A stretch of 64,000 nt of DNA from positions 128,001 through 192,000 of the forward strand of contig AP024596.1 in the NCBI GenBank assembly GCA_019704295.1, given 5' to 3'. Shown piece after piece: positions 31,139 to 41,248 of this stretch (positions are counted from its first letter, which is position 1; each line of letters begins with the position of its first letter). Position numbers and translations under genes: made by a program. The stretch comes from Sulfolobales archaeon HS-7. Its GTDB lineage: Archaea > Thermoproteota > Thermoprotei_A > Sulfolobales > Sulfolobaceae. The notes below the pieces were generated by a model. It was given only the letters and a program-made list of their open reading frames with translations. It had not been told where the DNA came from and searched no databases.

Positions 31139-32131
31139 GTTCTTTAATCCGTTGCCCGATATATGAATTACCGATTTTTCCTCAGGGATGACCTTTTTAT
31201 AACCAGCGTAACTCACAGCAGAACTGTACTCAGCTAGGATTCCCATTTTAGCGAGTTCCTCCCAAGCTCTCTTAATCTCGTCCTCATCCACAATTACGCA
31301 ATCGCCGTAATTCCTCAGCACTTGCACCATCTCTTCAAGGAGTACGGGGGAAGTTGAAACCAACGCATCAGCTATAGACGTGACCTGAGTCGGAGGAGTG
31401 TAGTTTATGCCCTTTAGTTTTGAACACACAGGACTTACCTGCTTTGTTTGAACGCCGATGAGCTTCGGTACCTCTGAGACGATTCCTGAATTCAGCAGGT
31501 GCATAAATCCTTCGTAAACGCCCAGTAGTAGAGTTCCAGCTGAGATTGGAATGAACACGTTTTTGACGTCTCGCAAAGAAGCTATTTCATATGAGAGGGT
31601 TCTTATCCCGTCTCTGAATTCGGGGTTAAGTACATGAGAGGCGTAGAAAGCACCGTCTTTCATCGCAGCGTCTGCAACGTCGTTCCTAGTCCCTTTAACC
31701 TTTATCACTTTTGCTCCATATGCCTCAATTTGCTCGACCTTGATCCCAGCAGATCTCTCCGGTACGTAGATCTTTACCCTCATGCCGGCAGCTGCTCCAT
31801 ATGCTGCAATTGATGCTCCGGCATTCCCTGAGGAATCTTCTGATATTTCGTTTATGCCCTTTTCTGCTAGAAAGGAGATTAGAGTAACCGCGCCCCTATC
31901 TTTATAGGAACCTGTGGGGTTTAACGAATCGAGCTTGAAATAAAGGTTTCCATGCGATACTACAGGGGTATTAAGTTCACCTAGGGTAACCCAGCGTTTA
32001 ATATATGGGAAATTCTTCCTAACCTGTTTGTCATAGGGGAAATCTACTACCTTCTTAAAGGGTCCACCGCATCTTTTACAGAGGAGTTCTAGCCCTTTAC
32101 GAGGTGTTCCACACCTCATGCAAACGTCCAT
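31124..32131 (-). CDS. Threonine synthase-like fold-type II PLP enzyme
   Basis: N-terminal CxxC..Cxx[28 protein letters not shown]. Confidence 0.88.
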   Translation of the reverse strand: MDVCMRCGTPRKGLELLCKRCGGPFKKVVDFPYDKQVRKNFPYIKRWVTLGELNTPVVSHGNLYFKLDSLNPTGSYKDRGAVTLISFLAEKGINEISEDSSGNAGASIAAYGAAAGMRVKIYVPERSAGIKVEQIEAYGAKVIKVKGTRNDVADAAMKDGAFYASHVLNPEFRDGIRTLSYEIASLRDVKNVFIPISAGTLLLGVYEGFMHLLNSGIVSEVPKLIGVQTKQVSPVCSKLKGINYTPPTQVTSIADALVSTSPVLLEEMVQVLRNYGDCVIVDEDEIKRAWEELAKMGILAEYSSAVSYAGYKKVIPEEKSVIHISGNGLKNLFPA

Positions 32132-32132
32132 T

Positions 32133-32531
32133 TCATATCGAGTAGAATATACATCCCGTAGAGGATATAAAAGCTCCTAGGAACCCAAAAGCCATCAAGT
32201 ATGCGAAATCAGGATTGTAGCCAGCATAGAAGAGTAAACCTCCTGCTGCAGCTACTGCGACGGATAGTATCGACGCTAACCCTAAATAGAAGAGGGATTT
32301 GACGTTAGACATATACGTTGCTACGAAGAGGAAAGCGGTGGCAAATCCTACTAACATTGCCAAACTTATATGAGTTGATAGTACTGTTGCCATCCAAGTT
32401 TGCGTTATTGGGAACTTATCGTAAAGTAGGGTGTAAAGTCCAGCAGCGTAGAGTAATCCCATTAGGAAAGCGTCTATTGATGAAACGACTAGCACTAGGT
32501 TTTTAATAACTGTTCCCTGAGTGTTCTCCAT
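32133..32531 (-). CDS. 4-TM membrane protein of the soxL operon (paralog of the neighbour)
   Basis: Four TM helices. YAAG, TH(I), SV.VAA.GGL and FAYLM are shared with 32538..32954. Confidence 0.75.
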   Translation of the reverse strand: MENTQGTVIKNLVLVVSSIDAFLMGLLYAAGLYTLLYDKFPITQTWMATVLSTHISLAMLVGFATAFLFVATYMSNVKSLFYLGLASILSVAVAAAGGLLFYAGYNPDFAYLMAFGFLGAFISSTGCIFYSI

Positions 32532-32537
32532 ACTTAC

Positions 32538-32954
32538 TCACTTCCTTAGAGCGTAGAATAAACCTCCTATACAGGTGAAGAGCACGAAGATATACCCTAG
32601 GCCCATTCCGTAGGCGAAGATGGGATAAGATTCTCCGCCAAAGTAAATCAGTCCAAAAAACGCAGCAGCAACTACGGAGACGGCATTCATGATCATTAGG
32701 ATCTTAAGAAGTAAACTGTTACTTTTCAGCCCCGCGCCTAATCCCAAAAGGGCGAGAACCGCTATTCCTATTGCGCTGTATATGTGTGCCGTTATGGCTG
32801 CACCGACCAATGGTAGGTAGTAAATGTCTATTCCCATACCCGCAGCGTATATTGATGTTAGGAATAAGGCCTGCAGTAACATGATTGCCGGCAAGTACTG
32901 TTGTTTTGATAAAGTCTGAACAGTTTTGTTGTAAATTTCTACGACAGAGGACAT
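32538..32954 (-). CDS. 4-TM membrane protein of the soxL operon
   Basis: Four TM helices. YAAG, AH(I), SVVAAAFFGL, FAYGM. Confidence 0.75.
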   Translation of the reverse strand: MSSVVEIYNKTVQTLSKQQYLPAIMLLQALFLTSIYAAGMGIDIYYLPLVGAAITAHIYSAIGIAVLALLGLGAGLKSNSLLLKILMIMNAVSVVAAAFFGLIYFGGESYPIFAYGMGLGYIFVLFTCIGGLFYALRK

Positions 32955-33034
32955 AGTACTAACTTAATCTTATTCATTTAAAAAAATGATCCAGAAATCT
33001 GAAAACATATTTCTTCACTAAAAATAACTAAATT

Positions 33035-33232
33035 TTAACCGTTTAGTTTCCTAAAGATGTACAGGAACACTAGGGAGGTCAAAATTATGTACAGTGGTAC
33101 TAAAACCTCCGTGGTAGGTTCAACTCCTATACTTGAGCTTGAAAGGAAATCCAGTGGGAGTGATAGTATAACGAAAAAGATGAGAGCAACCGCCGTTATT
33201 AGTCCTACAACATAAGCCTTCACGAAATCCAC
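33035..33232 (-). CDS. Small 2-TM membrane protein of the soxL operon
   Basis: Two hydrophobic helices. An alternative GTG start at 33223 overlaps the upstream TGA (GTGA coupling). Confidence 0.65.
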   Translation of the reverse strand: MDFVKAYVVGLITAVALIFFVILSLPLDFLSSSSIGVEPTTEVLVPLYIILTSLVFLYIFRKLNG

Positions 33233-33369
33233 CAGATAACGTCTGTTACCCTAAAAAGTATGGAATTCATTGGGGACGTATTCCAAATTAGATTGTATGC
33301 AACGAAGGCAGCCATTGCCGCAGTTCCACCAAATATTAATATTAAGATGAATATTCCTAACTTCGTCAT
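33220..33369 (-). CDS. Unannotated 49-aa single-TM protein directly downstream of soxL
   Basis: MTKLGIFILILIFGGTAAMAAFVAYNLIWNTSPMNSILFRVTDVIWWIS*. ATG separated from the soxL stop by a single nucleotide, TGA overlapping the next GTG, fills the gap exactly. Confidence 0.7.
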   Translation of the reverse strand: MTKLGIFILILIFGGTAAMAAFVAYNLIWNTSPMNSILFRVTDVIWWIS

Positions 33370-33370
33370 T

Positions 33371-34354
33371 TTAACCACTTTGGAACGTATCTCCTTCGTT
33401 TCTTACAATTGAGTAGCACTCGCTCGGGGTTTCGTTTGCTGAGAGGAGCTGTTGTGGGCACCCAGTTTGAGTGTTGTAGGAGGATAGATACGCAAAGGAT
33501 TCAAGGTCTGAGTTATGTCCCAGTATTACGGGAGCGTGGAGGTTCATTTCTGTAGCGTAGAGGAAATCTGTAGAAGAATCCCAGTAAAGTTTAACATACG
33601 GTAACGGTCTAACAGTTGGTCCGGTGACAACTGTGGCACCTAATTCTGGGGCATATGTAGATCCGTGGCAGTCGCAGTGAATTACGGAGTGAAGTCCCAG
33701 ACTTTTTGCCGCTTGGTAAGCATTAGGTGGAAGGAAGTCGGGGGGAATCCCTCCAGGAGCAAAATATGTGGGAGGATAGAAGTGTATTTCCGGAGGTTGA
33801 CAACCCAAGTGTTGACATATTGCACTAAACGCTACAATAGAGTTACTTGGTCCCACCCCGCCTGGGAAATGATATTTAGCTCCGTTCTCAGGAATCGTGA
33901 CCTCAGCGGGTGGTATTTTTATTGGATTATTATTTTCATCTCCCAAGTTCAAAAGGAACGTTATATCACCCTCCATTGGATACTGGAAGAGCATTATAGC
34001 TGGGTTGTTAACTTGCACTTGGGACGCTTTTATTGGGTTGCCATCAGTATCAACTAAAATTATCCAAGGGAAGGACTTTATGTATATTTGAGGCTGGTTT
34101 AGGTAGTCGATTACAGGTACTGCTGATGCTACTGCAAGAGCTCCTATTCCTATTATCATCCCCTTTAGGAAAGCTCTTCTAGTAGGATCTAACGGACCTA
34201 CATTTCTCTCGGCGTAGTCGTAAAAGTAATCCCTTCCTTTCTCCACAAATGTTTTCTGATCAAATCTAGTTTTCTCGTCTCTCATCTTATGTAAAAGCCT
34301 TCTAAGGAAGATAAGGTCGTTCTTCTTCACTATTGGTCGAGGCGATGCGTCCAT
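33371..34354 (-). CDS. soxL: Rieske iron-sulfur protein SoxL
   Basis: Tat motif TRRAFLK plus TM helix. Rieske boxes CQHLGC and CDCHGS, GPTVRPL. Divergent from soxABC. Start may extend to 34402. Confidence 0.88.
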   Translation of the reverse strand: MDASPRPIVKKNDLIFLRRLLHKMRDEKTRFDQKTFVEKGRDYFYDYAERNVGPLDPTRRAFLKGMIIGIGALAVASAVPVIDYLNQPQIYIKSFPWIILVDTDGNPIKASQVQVNNPAIMLFQYPMEGDITFLLNLGDENNNPIKIPPAEVTIPENGAKYHFPGGVGPSNSIVAFSAICQHLGCQPPEIHFYPPTYFAPGGIPPDFLPPNAYQAAKSLGLHSVIHCDCHGSTYAPELGATVVTGPTVRPLPYVKLYWDSSTDFLYATEMNLHAPVILGHNSDLESFAYLSSYNTQTGCPQQLLSANETPSECYSIVRNEGDTFQSG

Positions 34355-34687
34355 GGTATCACAGATGAATCTTGTCTCCACAAAGTAATTAAATTTTGTC
34401 ATAAATTTTGTATCTATTTTTCGAGGCCAACCCTAAATGCCTAGATACTTAATTTTGAGTTTTTGGATAGTTAATAAGGAGAAATACAACATATAGTCTT
34501 AGGTAGAAGCTACTAACGCTGTAGAAATCTCGCCTAGTGATTAGGTCTGTGCGTTAGCAGTATTAATTAAAAAAAGGTAAAATCTTATTCTTAAAAATAA
34601 TGTTACAACGAAAATACCTAGTTTAAATAATTCCTATGAAAAACTATTTAAACGTAAGGAAGGGCTAAGATAATAGGTGAATAGTTA

Positions 34688-35206
34688 GTGACAAATTCGT
34701 TAGTAGAGCATGCAGAAGTTATATGGTTTATTGTAATGCTAGTGTTAGTGGTTGGTTACTTTTCCTGGTCTGTCATAGAGATAGAACGCGGTTCGAGTAC
34801 AAGCTATAGATATGGGTTACCCTGCTTCTCTGGATTACCTAAAGACGCACAGGATGCCGTTTTAGCGTTTGAGAGGGACCCCCCAGCTAATCACACCTCG
34901 GAGGTAATTGACGGAATTCTCGTGGTTAATATGACGGTTACTCAGCCTGACGGGTTCCACCCATCTATTATTGTGGCTCATACGAATCAGCCTGTGACTA
35001 TAATGATTACCTCTAATCAAGTAGTTACCGGATTTTATTTGAGACTTCCTTATGGAGTTGTTAACATAAACTCCGTACCTAATATAACCACTTACGTTTA
35101 CTTCGTAACCCCACAAACCCCAGGGAATTACATATGGCACGAACCCGAATATGCAGGATGGAACTTCTCATACTGGAATGGAACACTTGAGGTGGTAGCT
35201 GCATGA
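34688..35206 (+). CDS. soxA: Quinol oxidase subunit II (CuA-less cupredoxin domain)
   Basis: One TM helix plus cupredoxin fold. PGNYIWHEPEYAG occupies the CxExCG position without cysteines. Confidence 0.85.
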   Translation: MTNSLVEHAEVIWFIVMLVLVVGYFSWSVIEIERGSSTSYRYGLPCFSGLPKDAQDAVLAFERDPPANHTSEVIDGILVVNMTVTQPDGFHPSIIVAHTNQPVTIMITSNQVVTGFYLRLPYGVVNINSVPNITTYVYFVTPQTPGNYIWHEPEYAGWNFSYWNGTLEVVAA

Positions 35207-36792
35207 TGAAAACTCCCCTTTTAATATTAGACAAGATTAGCAAGGGATTGTCGTCAATTTTCTCTAAGATAGGAAAAGGTGCTAATCCAAAAGATACGTT
35301 AGGGGTAGTTTGGCTATACACTCTGGGTTCTGTTGCGTGGCTGATGGCCCTGGGAATAGCAGCTATGAATATGAGAACTTACTTAGTAAATGACGCTAAT
35401 TCTCCTTCTGTAGGTCCAGTGTATTATACTGCTCTAACTTTGCATGGATGGGGCGCTATGTTGGGTTTCGTGCCAAATGCGGCATTAGCTGTGATAGCTT
35501 ACTCCCTATACAAATCTGGTATGTCAATAAGACATGTTAAGCTAATGGCTGCGCTGTTCTGGATATCTAACCTGGCTCTAGTGTTCGCAATGTTGGGCGG
35601 ACCCGATATGGGTTGGTACATGTATCCACCGCTTGCAATAGAAGATAACGCAGTATTTCGCGCTTTCTTAATATACACCGGTAAAATGATAGGTGTAGCG
35701 TACACAGCGATGGCAGTTGAGGCAATTCTTCAAACGGTAGCTTCAATAGTATTAGTTGTTGACGCATACCAAACTAAACCTAAAGGAGAAAGAATTAACA
35801 TTTTCGCTGCTTATGGGGTTGCCTTTGCAATAATCATTGCAATGACCCTTCCGGCGTTAGCCGGCGCTGAACTGTGGTATGCCCTATACTTCTTCTTTCC
35901 GAGGGTGTTCCCTGTTGATAGTCTCCTATGGGTTATTCTGTTCTGGTTTTACGGTCATCCCGTTGTGTATTACGTTCCATTCCCGTTATTTGGTGCACTA
36001 TACTACTTCGTTCCAAAGTACGCTAATAGAGAGTTATTTAGCGAGAAGTGGGCCAGATGGAACATCTACCTACTCGCTATAGGTTCAATGCTTATCTGGG
36101 TACACCACCTGCAGACATGGCCCTTACCCGTACCAATAAGGTTATGGGTTAACTTGAGTACCCTCGTCCTCGCCTCTGGATCAGGGCTTACAGTACTTAA
36201 CCTCGGACTAACAATTCTCTTCTCGAAAGGCTATAACTTCAGAGATCCGATAGGAATGACTTTCCTCATAGCCCTAATCGGGTTTATATTAGGAGGTATT
36301 CAGGCGATATTTTTACCGGAGAATCCCATAAATCCAATAGTTCACGACACTTACTATATTGTAGGACATTTTCACCTGATAATATGGACGTTAATCGTAA
36401 TGGGATTCACGGGAGTCTTCCTAGATATGCTGAAGAGTACTCTCCCTGGATTTAATTACAGTGAGAGAGGTTCCAAGTTGATGATAATAGGTGCGTTACT
36501 CTGGACGGTGCCTTTTCTTCTAGTAGGATATCTTATGAGCACTGCTGGATATCTTGGATTAATAAGAAGGGTTATCGCTTATGCTCCGATGTTCCAGCCG
36601 TATATGGAGGGAATGTCTCTCCTTGCGGAGATAGGCATACCAGGATTAGTGATAGTGCTAACGACCGCTATATCGGAATATGTGGCGTATTCCGCTTCAA
36701 GACCTACTGGGGTAACTGTAGCATCAGCAGGATTACCTTCAGTTTCGGCACAAGAAGCAAAAGATGTTATAGATAGTAATGCAAATAAATAA
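35203..36792 (+). CDS. soxB: Heme-copper quinol oxidase subunit I
   Basis: LHG, GWYMYPPL, FWFYGHPVVY, WVHH, HDTYYIVGHFH, RR. Confidence 0.93.
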   Translation: MMKTPLLILDKISKGLSSIFSKIGKGANPKDTLGVVWLYTLGSVAWLMALGIAAMNMRTYLVNDANSPSVGPVYYTALTLHGWGAMLGFVPNAALAVIAYSLYKSGMSIRHVKLMAALFWISNLALVFAMLGGPDMGWYMYPPLAIEDNAVFRAFLIYTGKMIGVAYTAMAVEAILQTVASIVLVVDAYQTKPKGERINIFAAYGVAFAIIIAMTLPALAGAELWYALYFFFPRVFPVDSLLWVILFWFYGHPVVYYVPFPLFGALYYFVPKYANRELFSEKWARWNIYLLAIGSMLIWVHHLQTWPLPVPIRLWVNLSTLVLASGSGLTVLNLGLTILFSKGYNFRDPIGMTFLIALIGFILGGIQAIFLPENPINPIVHDTYYIVGHFHLIIWTLIVMGFTGVFLDMLKSTLPGFNYSERGSKLMIIGALLWTVPFLLVGYLMSTAGYLGLIRRVIAYAPMFQPYMEGMSLLAEIGIPGLVIVLTTAISEYVAYSASRPTGVTVASAGLPSVSAQEAKDVIDSNANK

Positions 36793-36825
36793 AATAGAGA
36801 CTTGAGAGAAGAGAGTGAATGAAGT

Positions 36826-38577
36826 ATGGCAGAAGGGGGAAAAGGTCTCATCGATACGATACTTGATAGGTTAGGAATAAACGAAGCGCCTTTCTTTAGG
36901 ACACCAGATTACATGTATAATGCCTCCTACTGGCTCGGCGCGATGCTTACAGCCTCTTTTGGATACACGGTGATGACCGGACTATTTCTGCTGTTATATT
37001 ATATTCCTGCAAACGCTTACCCTTCAACGCAAGCGATAATACATAGCGTGCCCTACGGGTCAGTAATTCTGCTGAGTCATCTTTACGGAGCCTATATTAT
37101 GATAGTCTTGGTTTACATTCACATGTTCAGGAATTTCTTTAAGGGAGCTTATAAAAAGCCAAGAGAGTTACAGTGGGTTACTGGGCTCATTCTCTTTGCC
37201 TTAACGTTAGGCGCTTCCTTCTTTGGATATTCTTTAGTTGGAGACGTTCTTGGAGTGAACGCGGTAGATATAGGTGACGAGCTTTTAGTAGGGACCGGGT
37301 TTCCAGGGGCTACTACGTTGGCTAACTGGATATTCGGACCTGGAGGGGGCGCAGCTGCATCCTCCAATCCTATAATAAGAGCTGAACTATTCGATAGGCT
37401 CTTAGGATGGCATATTATAATGGTAGCGCTGATCGGCTTAGTTTTCGGAATGCACTTCCTCATGTCAGAGAGGTATGGAATGACCCCATCTGCAAAGGAA
37501 AAGCCCTTAGTTCCCGCTTATTACACTAAGGAAGAACAGGCGAAATTTAACGCGTGGTGGCCTAGGAATTTCGTTTACATGCTTTCCCTGGTCTTGATGA
37601 CTTGGGGAGTTATTCTAATTGTACCTAACCTTTTAGCTAACATAAACGGAGTCTCAGGGATTATAGCGAAGTTCGTTGATTCAATTGATCCATACGCGCA
37701 CCTTGGCCCAGTTGGGGTATCTGCCCTTCCCATCGTAATAAGCCCATATCCTGCTCCTCAATATGGCTCTCCTGCAGCTATACATACGCAACCTTATCCA
37801 CCCTGGTTTTTCCTATTCTTATACAAGTTCGTCGATTTCGAACTCCCTAATGGGCAGCCTCTATCTCCCGCTGAAGCTGTTTCCCTTCTAGTAATAGGTC
37901 TGCTCGTGATAATGTTTATTCCCTTCTACGACAACAGCAAATATCTAAGCGCCCTATCTAGGAAGTTCTGGACCTGGTTGATGTCAGTCTTTGCCCTATC
38001 CGTTGTTATTCTAAGTGTATGGGGGTATTTCGATCCTGGTATACCGGCACCGACAATGCAGCAAGCGCTATACCTAGGAGTTCCAGCTTTCGTGGTAGCT
38101 GTTATTATTATTGTCGCAGACTTTGTAGGGAAGCGTAAAAAGAGAACGAGTTCTAACATTCCTGCTCAGCTGCCCAAAATAAGTCCGATCACCATTTTAT
38201 GGGGATCGGTGACTACCTTGCTATTTGCTGGTACTTTGGGAACCACATTGACTCAACCATCAATAGTGGCAGTAGGAATACTTGTACCTATAGGGGTGCT
38301 TATGTATCAGTTTTTCAGGAAGATCGCTAGTTACTATTGGATAAAAGCCCACGGTCAAGCTCCAGCCTCATATAGTAGAGTATCTCTAAACAAGAAGATT
38401 GCCTTCTACGGAATAATAATAATACTAATAATCTCAGCTTTCCTAACCGGCCTCATGTGGACACTTCCTAGCGTGGGAACAGCAGCTACAATCTCAGGGC
38501 TAGATCTAGGTACGGTGCTATTCCTTTGGGGGTATGCTATAAACCTATATCACTACGTTGTATACGTGAGGGATTGA
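36826..38577 (+). CDS. soxC: Cytochrome b-like subunit (a587)
   Basis: YWLG, TGLFL, SHLYGA..IHMFRNFFKGAYKKPRELQWVTG, WHI...MHF, PPWFFL (PEWY-equivalent). Confidence 0.9.
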   Translation: MAEGGKGLIDTILDRLGINEAPFFRTPDYMYNASYWLGAMLTASFGYTVMTGLFLLLYYIPANAYPSTQAIIHSVPYGSVILLSHLYGAYIMIVLVYIHMFRNFFKGAYKKPRELQWVTGLILFALTLGASFFGYSLVGDVLGVNAVDIGDELLVGTGFPGATTLANWIFGPGGGAAASSNPIIRAELFDRLLGWHIIMVALIGLVFGMHFLMSERYGMTPSAKEKPLVPAYYTKEEQAKFNAWWPRNFVYMLSLVLMTWGVILIVPNLLANINGVSGIIAKFVDSIDPYAHLGPVGVSALPIVISPYPAPQYGSPAAIHTQPYPPWFFLFLYKFVDFELPNGQPLSPAEAVSLLVIGLLVIMFIPFYDNSKYLSALSRKFWTWLMSVFALSVVILSVWGYFDPGIPAPTMQQALYLGVPAFVVAVIIIVADFVGKRKKRTSSNIPAQLPKISPITILWGSVTTLLFAGTLGTTLTQPSIVAVGILVPIGVLMYQFFRKIASYYWIKAHGQAPASYSRVSLNKKIAFYGIIIILIISAFLTGLMWTLPSVGTAATISGLDLGTVLFLWGYAINLYHYVVYVRD

Positions 38578-38580
38578 GTC

Positions 38581-39126
38581 ATAAAGAAAACTAGATTTTT
38601 TTTCTCTATACTTTCTATTATTGCAATAATCTACGTATACTTACCATTTAATCTCAACTTGATAAAGTCCGATCCTATTTTCCTCATGGCGTCGCACTAC
38701 CTTACGTTTTCTGCAGGGATAACCCTATCGTTTTACTACATAAAGCTGAATAAGTACATCGGACTGATTGGAGTCGTCCCGGCAATAGTTTTCCATCTCC
38801 CGTATTTCTTTTGCCTTAGCGCTGCCCATTCGTCGTGGACGTACACGGACTTCACTCTAATGTTTATGGGTGGACTCCTTCTCGGTTCGTCTATACGGGA
38901 CTTTTCTAATTCAATGAGAATTTCGTTGTTCATTCTCTATATGATAGGGGATACGTTGCTGGCGGTTTTATTCGTAATAGGCTCTCCCCTCTATTCCTCG
39001 CAAGTTATACCATTTTCACCGTATTCTCCGGGACAATTTCTTGATACTGGTATATTAATGTTCGGTGTCATGAATACAATTCTAGCTTACATTCTGATAT
39101 ATTTCTTCAGGAAACTGGCCATATGA
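38581..39126 (+). CDS. DUF1404 / CtaG-like membrane protein (oxidase assembly candidate), start uncertain
   Basis: MASHY, FHLPYFF, YMIGDT, PYSP..F..TGI.M motifs. The frame is open from 38578, the first canonical start is TTG 38659, and there is an ATA at 38581. Confidence 0.75.
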   Translation: MKKTRFFFSILSIIAIIYVYLPFNLNLIKSDPIFLMASHYLTFSAGITLSFYYIKLNKYIGLIGVVPAIVFHLPYFFCLSAAHSSWTYTDFTLMFMGGLLLGSSIRDFSNSMRISLFILYMIGDTLLAVLFVIGSPLYSSQVIPFSPYSPGQFLDTGILMFGVMNTILAYILIYFFRKLAI

Positions 39127-39140
39127 TGGATTTGTTCTTT

Positions 39141-39860
39141 TTAAGCAACTTTGTTCTTCAAGTAGTCTCTTATGTAGCTAAATAAATGATTTATTTCCTC
39201 TATGTCCTGGAAGCTGTGTCTCCCTCTATACCAAAACAACTCTTCAAGAAAAGGTATAACGAACGTTTTACATTTACACCAATCGCCTATCTCGCTAGCC
39301 TGCTCTCTAGCTAATTCGAGTTCGTCTGGGAGAGGGGGAACTAAATTGATTACGAAAGCAACCTTGTCCGAATTTAATTCTTTAGACAATTCATTCATCA
39401 TATTTACGTTCTCCTTTACGTCTGGTGGGAATGGATCCGAAACGCTCACCGTACCGATCCTAGTGCCTATTTCCGATTTGAAGAATTCTATTTCCTTGGC
39501 TGATATATTGTGCCTTATTAGGTAAGGCTCTCCATAATCAACTATGAAGTAATCATATTTTTTGTATATTTCGATTAATTTTGCTTCATCAAAGTACTTG
39601 TCACACTTAAAATAGGAGGAGATATCCCCAAAAAATTTTAGCACTCCGAGGTTATCATATTGTTTGTAAAATTCCGAAATGGCTTCTCCCTTCGTTTTAC
39701 AGTAGCCCATACCTCTAAATCCCAACAACTTCGACCCCCATCCAAGCAGGTCCTTATCTATAAAGAGTACCTTATTCTCTCCCGCTAATTTCATCGCAAT
39801 GTATAGGGATATAGTAGTTTTCCCTGTCCCCCCTTTTACTCCGACGAAACCAACTCGCAT
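39141..39860 (-). CDS. ParA/MinD-family ATPase
   Basis: Deviant Walker A KGGTGKTT, LFIDKD, YDYFIVD, FVINLV, VIPF. Confidence 0.85.
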   Translation of the reverse strand: MRVGFVGVKGGTGKTTISLYIAMKLAGENKVLFIDKDLLGWGSKLLGFRGMGYCKTKGEAISEFYKQYDNLGVLKFFGDISSYFKCDKYFDEAKLIEIYKKYDYFIVDYGEPYLIRHNISAKEIEFFKSEIGTRIGTVSVSDPFPPDVKENVNMMNELSKELNSDKVAFVINLVPPLPDELELAREQASEIGDWCKCKTFVIPFLEELFWYRGRHSFQDIEEINHLFSYIRDYLKNKVA

Positions 39861-40546
39861 TAAAGTGAGTTTACTAGACTTGTTAAAAAATTAAATGAAA
39901 GATTTTTTTATTTTTTCTGACTTGTTCATATCAATAATGGTAATTAAGTAGGCCAGAGTTCTCTGCGTTGAGTTATCACATTCTGTATCACACGTCGGTT
40001 ATTTCTAAGAACATCACTAACTGAAACTAAAGTAGTGCTTTTTCTCTCTTAGAGCGATTCATGTATCTTTTACGAATTGTAATATTTTCTTAGAATTAGT
40101 ATAACTGCGCTTAGAAATAATTGATTACGTATCATAACGTTGATTGAGTTTTCAGTATATCCTTTTGTTTCTGCAATTACCAAATCAGAATTGATTATTT
40201 TATCTTAAGATACTGAAATAAAATGACTTCTCAATGAAACCTTAGAGGGCCCTGTTTTACGTGAAATGCGGGAAATGGTGTTTTAACATAATCAGTTGCA
40301 AATGATTTTTTTGATTATTTCAGAATTTTACGTAACTAGCGTTGATAGTTGCTATGACATCTTTACTCAAATCGAAAGCCTTAAATTGTTTTCATTAGGA
40401 TTGTAACACCTCTTAACCAGGAAAGTGCTATTACTCTGTAAGGAATACATGAAGATGCATAACCTAGAGAAAATTATAACTCTTCATTAGGTTAATCAGT
40501 CGTTCTAAGAAGACCATGATCCTGATAGTTTTTAGTAAAGAGCGTT

Positions 40547-41248
40547 TTACCTTCGTCGTGCCGCAATTAGGTAAGTAATTATGGAAACTATAAGGAAAGC
40601 AACCATCCCAATAAAGTATTGGTAGGAAAATCCTCCGCTAAGTACAGCATCAAGTTCCTGCGAAATCATGGTAGTTGGTTCTAATAATGCCAAGTATCTT
40701 AAAAAAGGAGGGAGAAGTGATATAGGGAAGAAAGTGGGAGCGAAGAACGAGAATATCCACGTAAAAACTTGAGATAATTGATTTACTGTTCTAACGGAGA
40801 CTCCAGTTCCTAAAGCAAGTCCGAAAACGAAGGCATACCCTCCACCTATTACGTAAGTTAGGGCTAATAGGGGCCAATTAGGTACAGTGTGAACAATCGG
40901 TTCCGCTAGCAAGACCAGGAGTATGATTACGGGAAAGTTGAATATTAATTCATAAAGGACAGAGGACAGCGTTATAACCCACTTCCTTATTTTAGCAGTG
41001 TAAAGCAGGGTGAGTTGCCCGGAGTACTTCAGAAAAGAGACCGTTTGTGAGGTGATTAGAAAGGCTGTCACGAAGATATACATAGTAACGGTACCGCTGA
41101 TGATGTATACATCCTTAAAGGCCGATCCGAAAGCAACTAGGAAGCCTATGGGAAACATTATCAGGTAAAAAAGTCCAGATATAATGCTTCCTTTACTCTG
41201 CCTAAAGGTAAGTTCTAAAAGTATTAGAAATTTCCTAATTTGGCTCAT
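40547..41248 (-). CDS. ABC-2 type exporter permease
   Basis: About 6 TM. ISGT, FFAPTFFP and LEPTT are shared with 2609..3337. Confidence 0.87.
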   Translation of the reverse strand: MSQIRKFLILLELTFRQSKGSIISGLFYLIMFPIGFLVAFGSAFKDVYIISGTVTMYIFVTAFLITSQTVSFLKYSGQLTLLYTAKIRKWVITLSSVLYELIFNFPVIILLVLLAEPIVHTVPNWPLLALTYVIGGGYAFVFGLALGTGVSVRTVNQLSQVFTWIFSFFAPTFFPISLLPPFLRYLALLEPTTMISQELDAVLSGGFSYQYFIGMVAFLIVSIITYLIAARRR

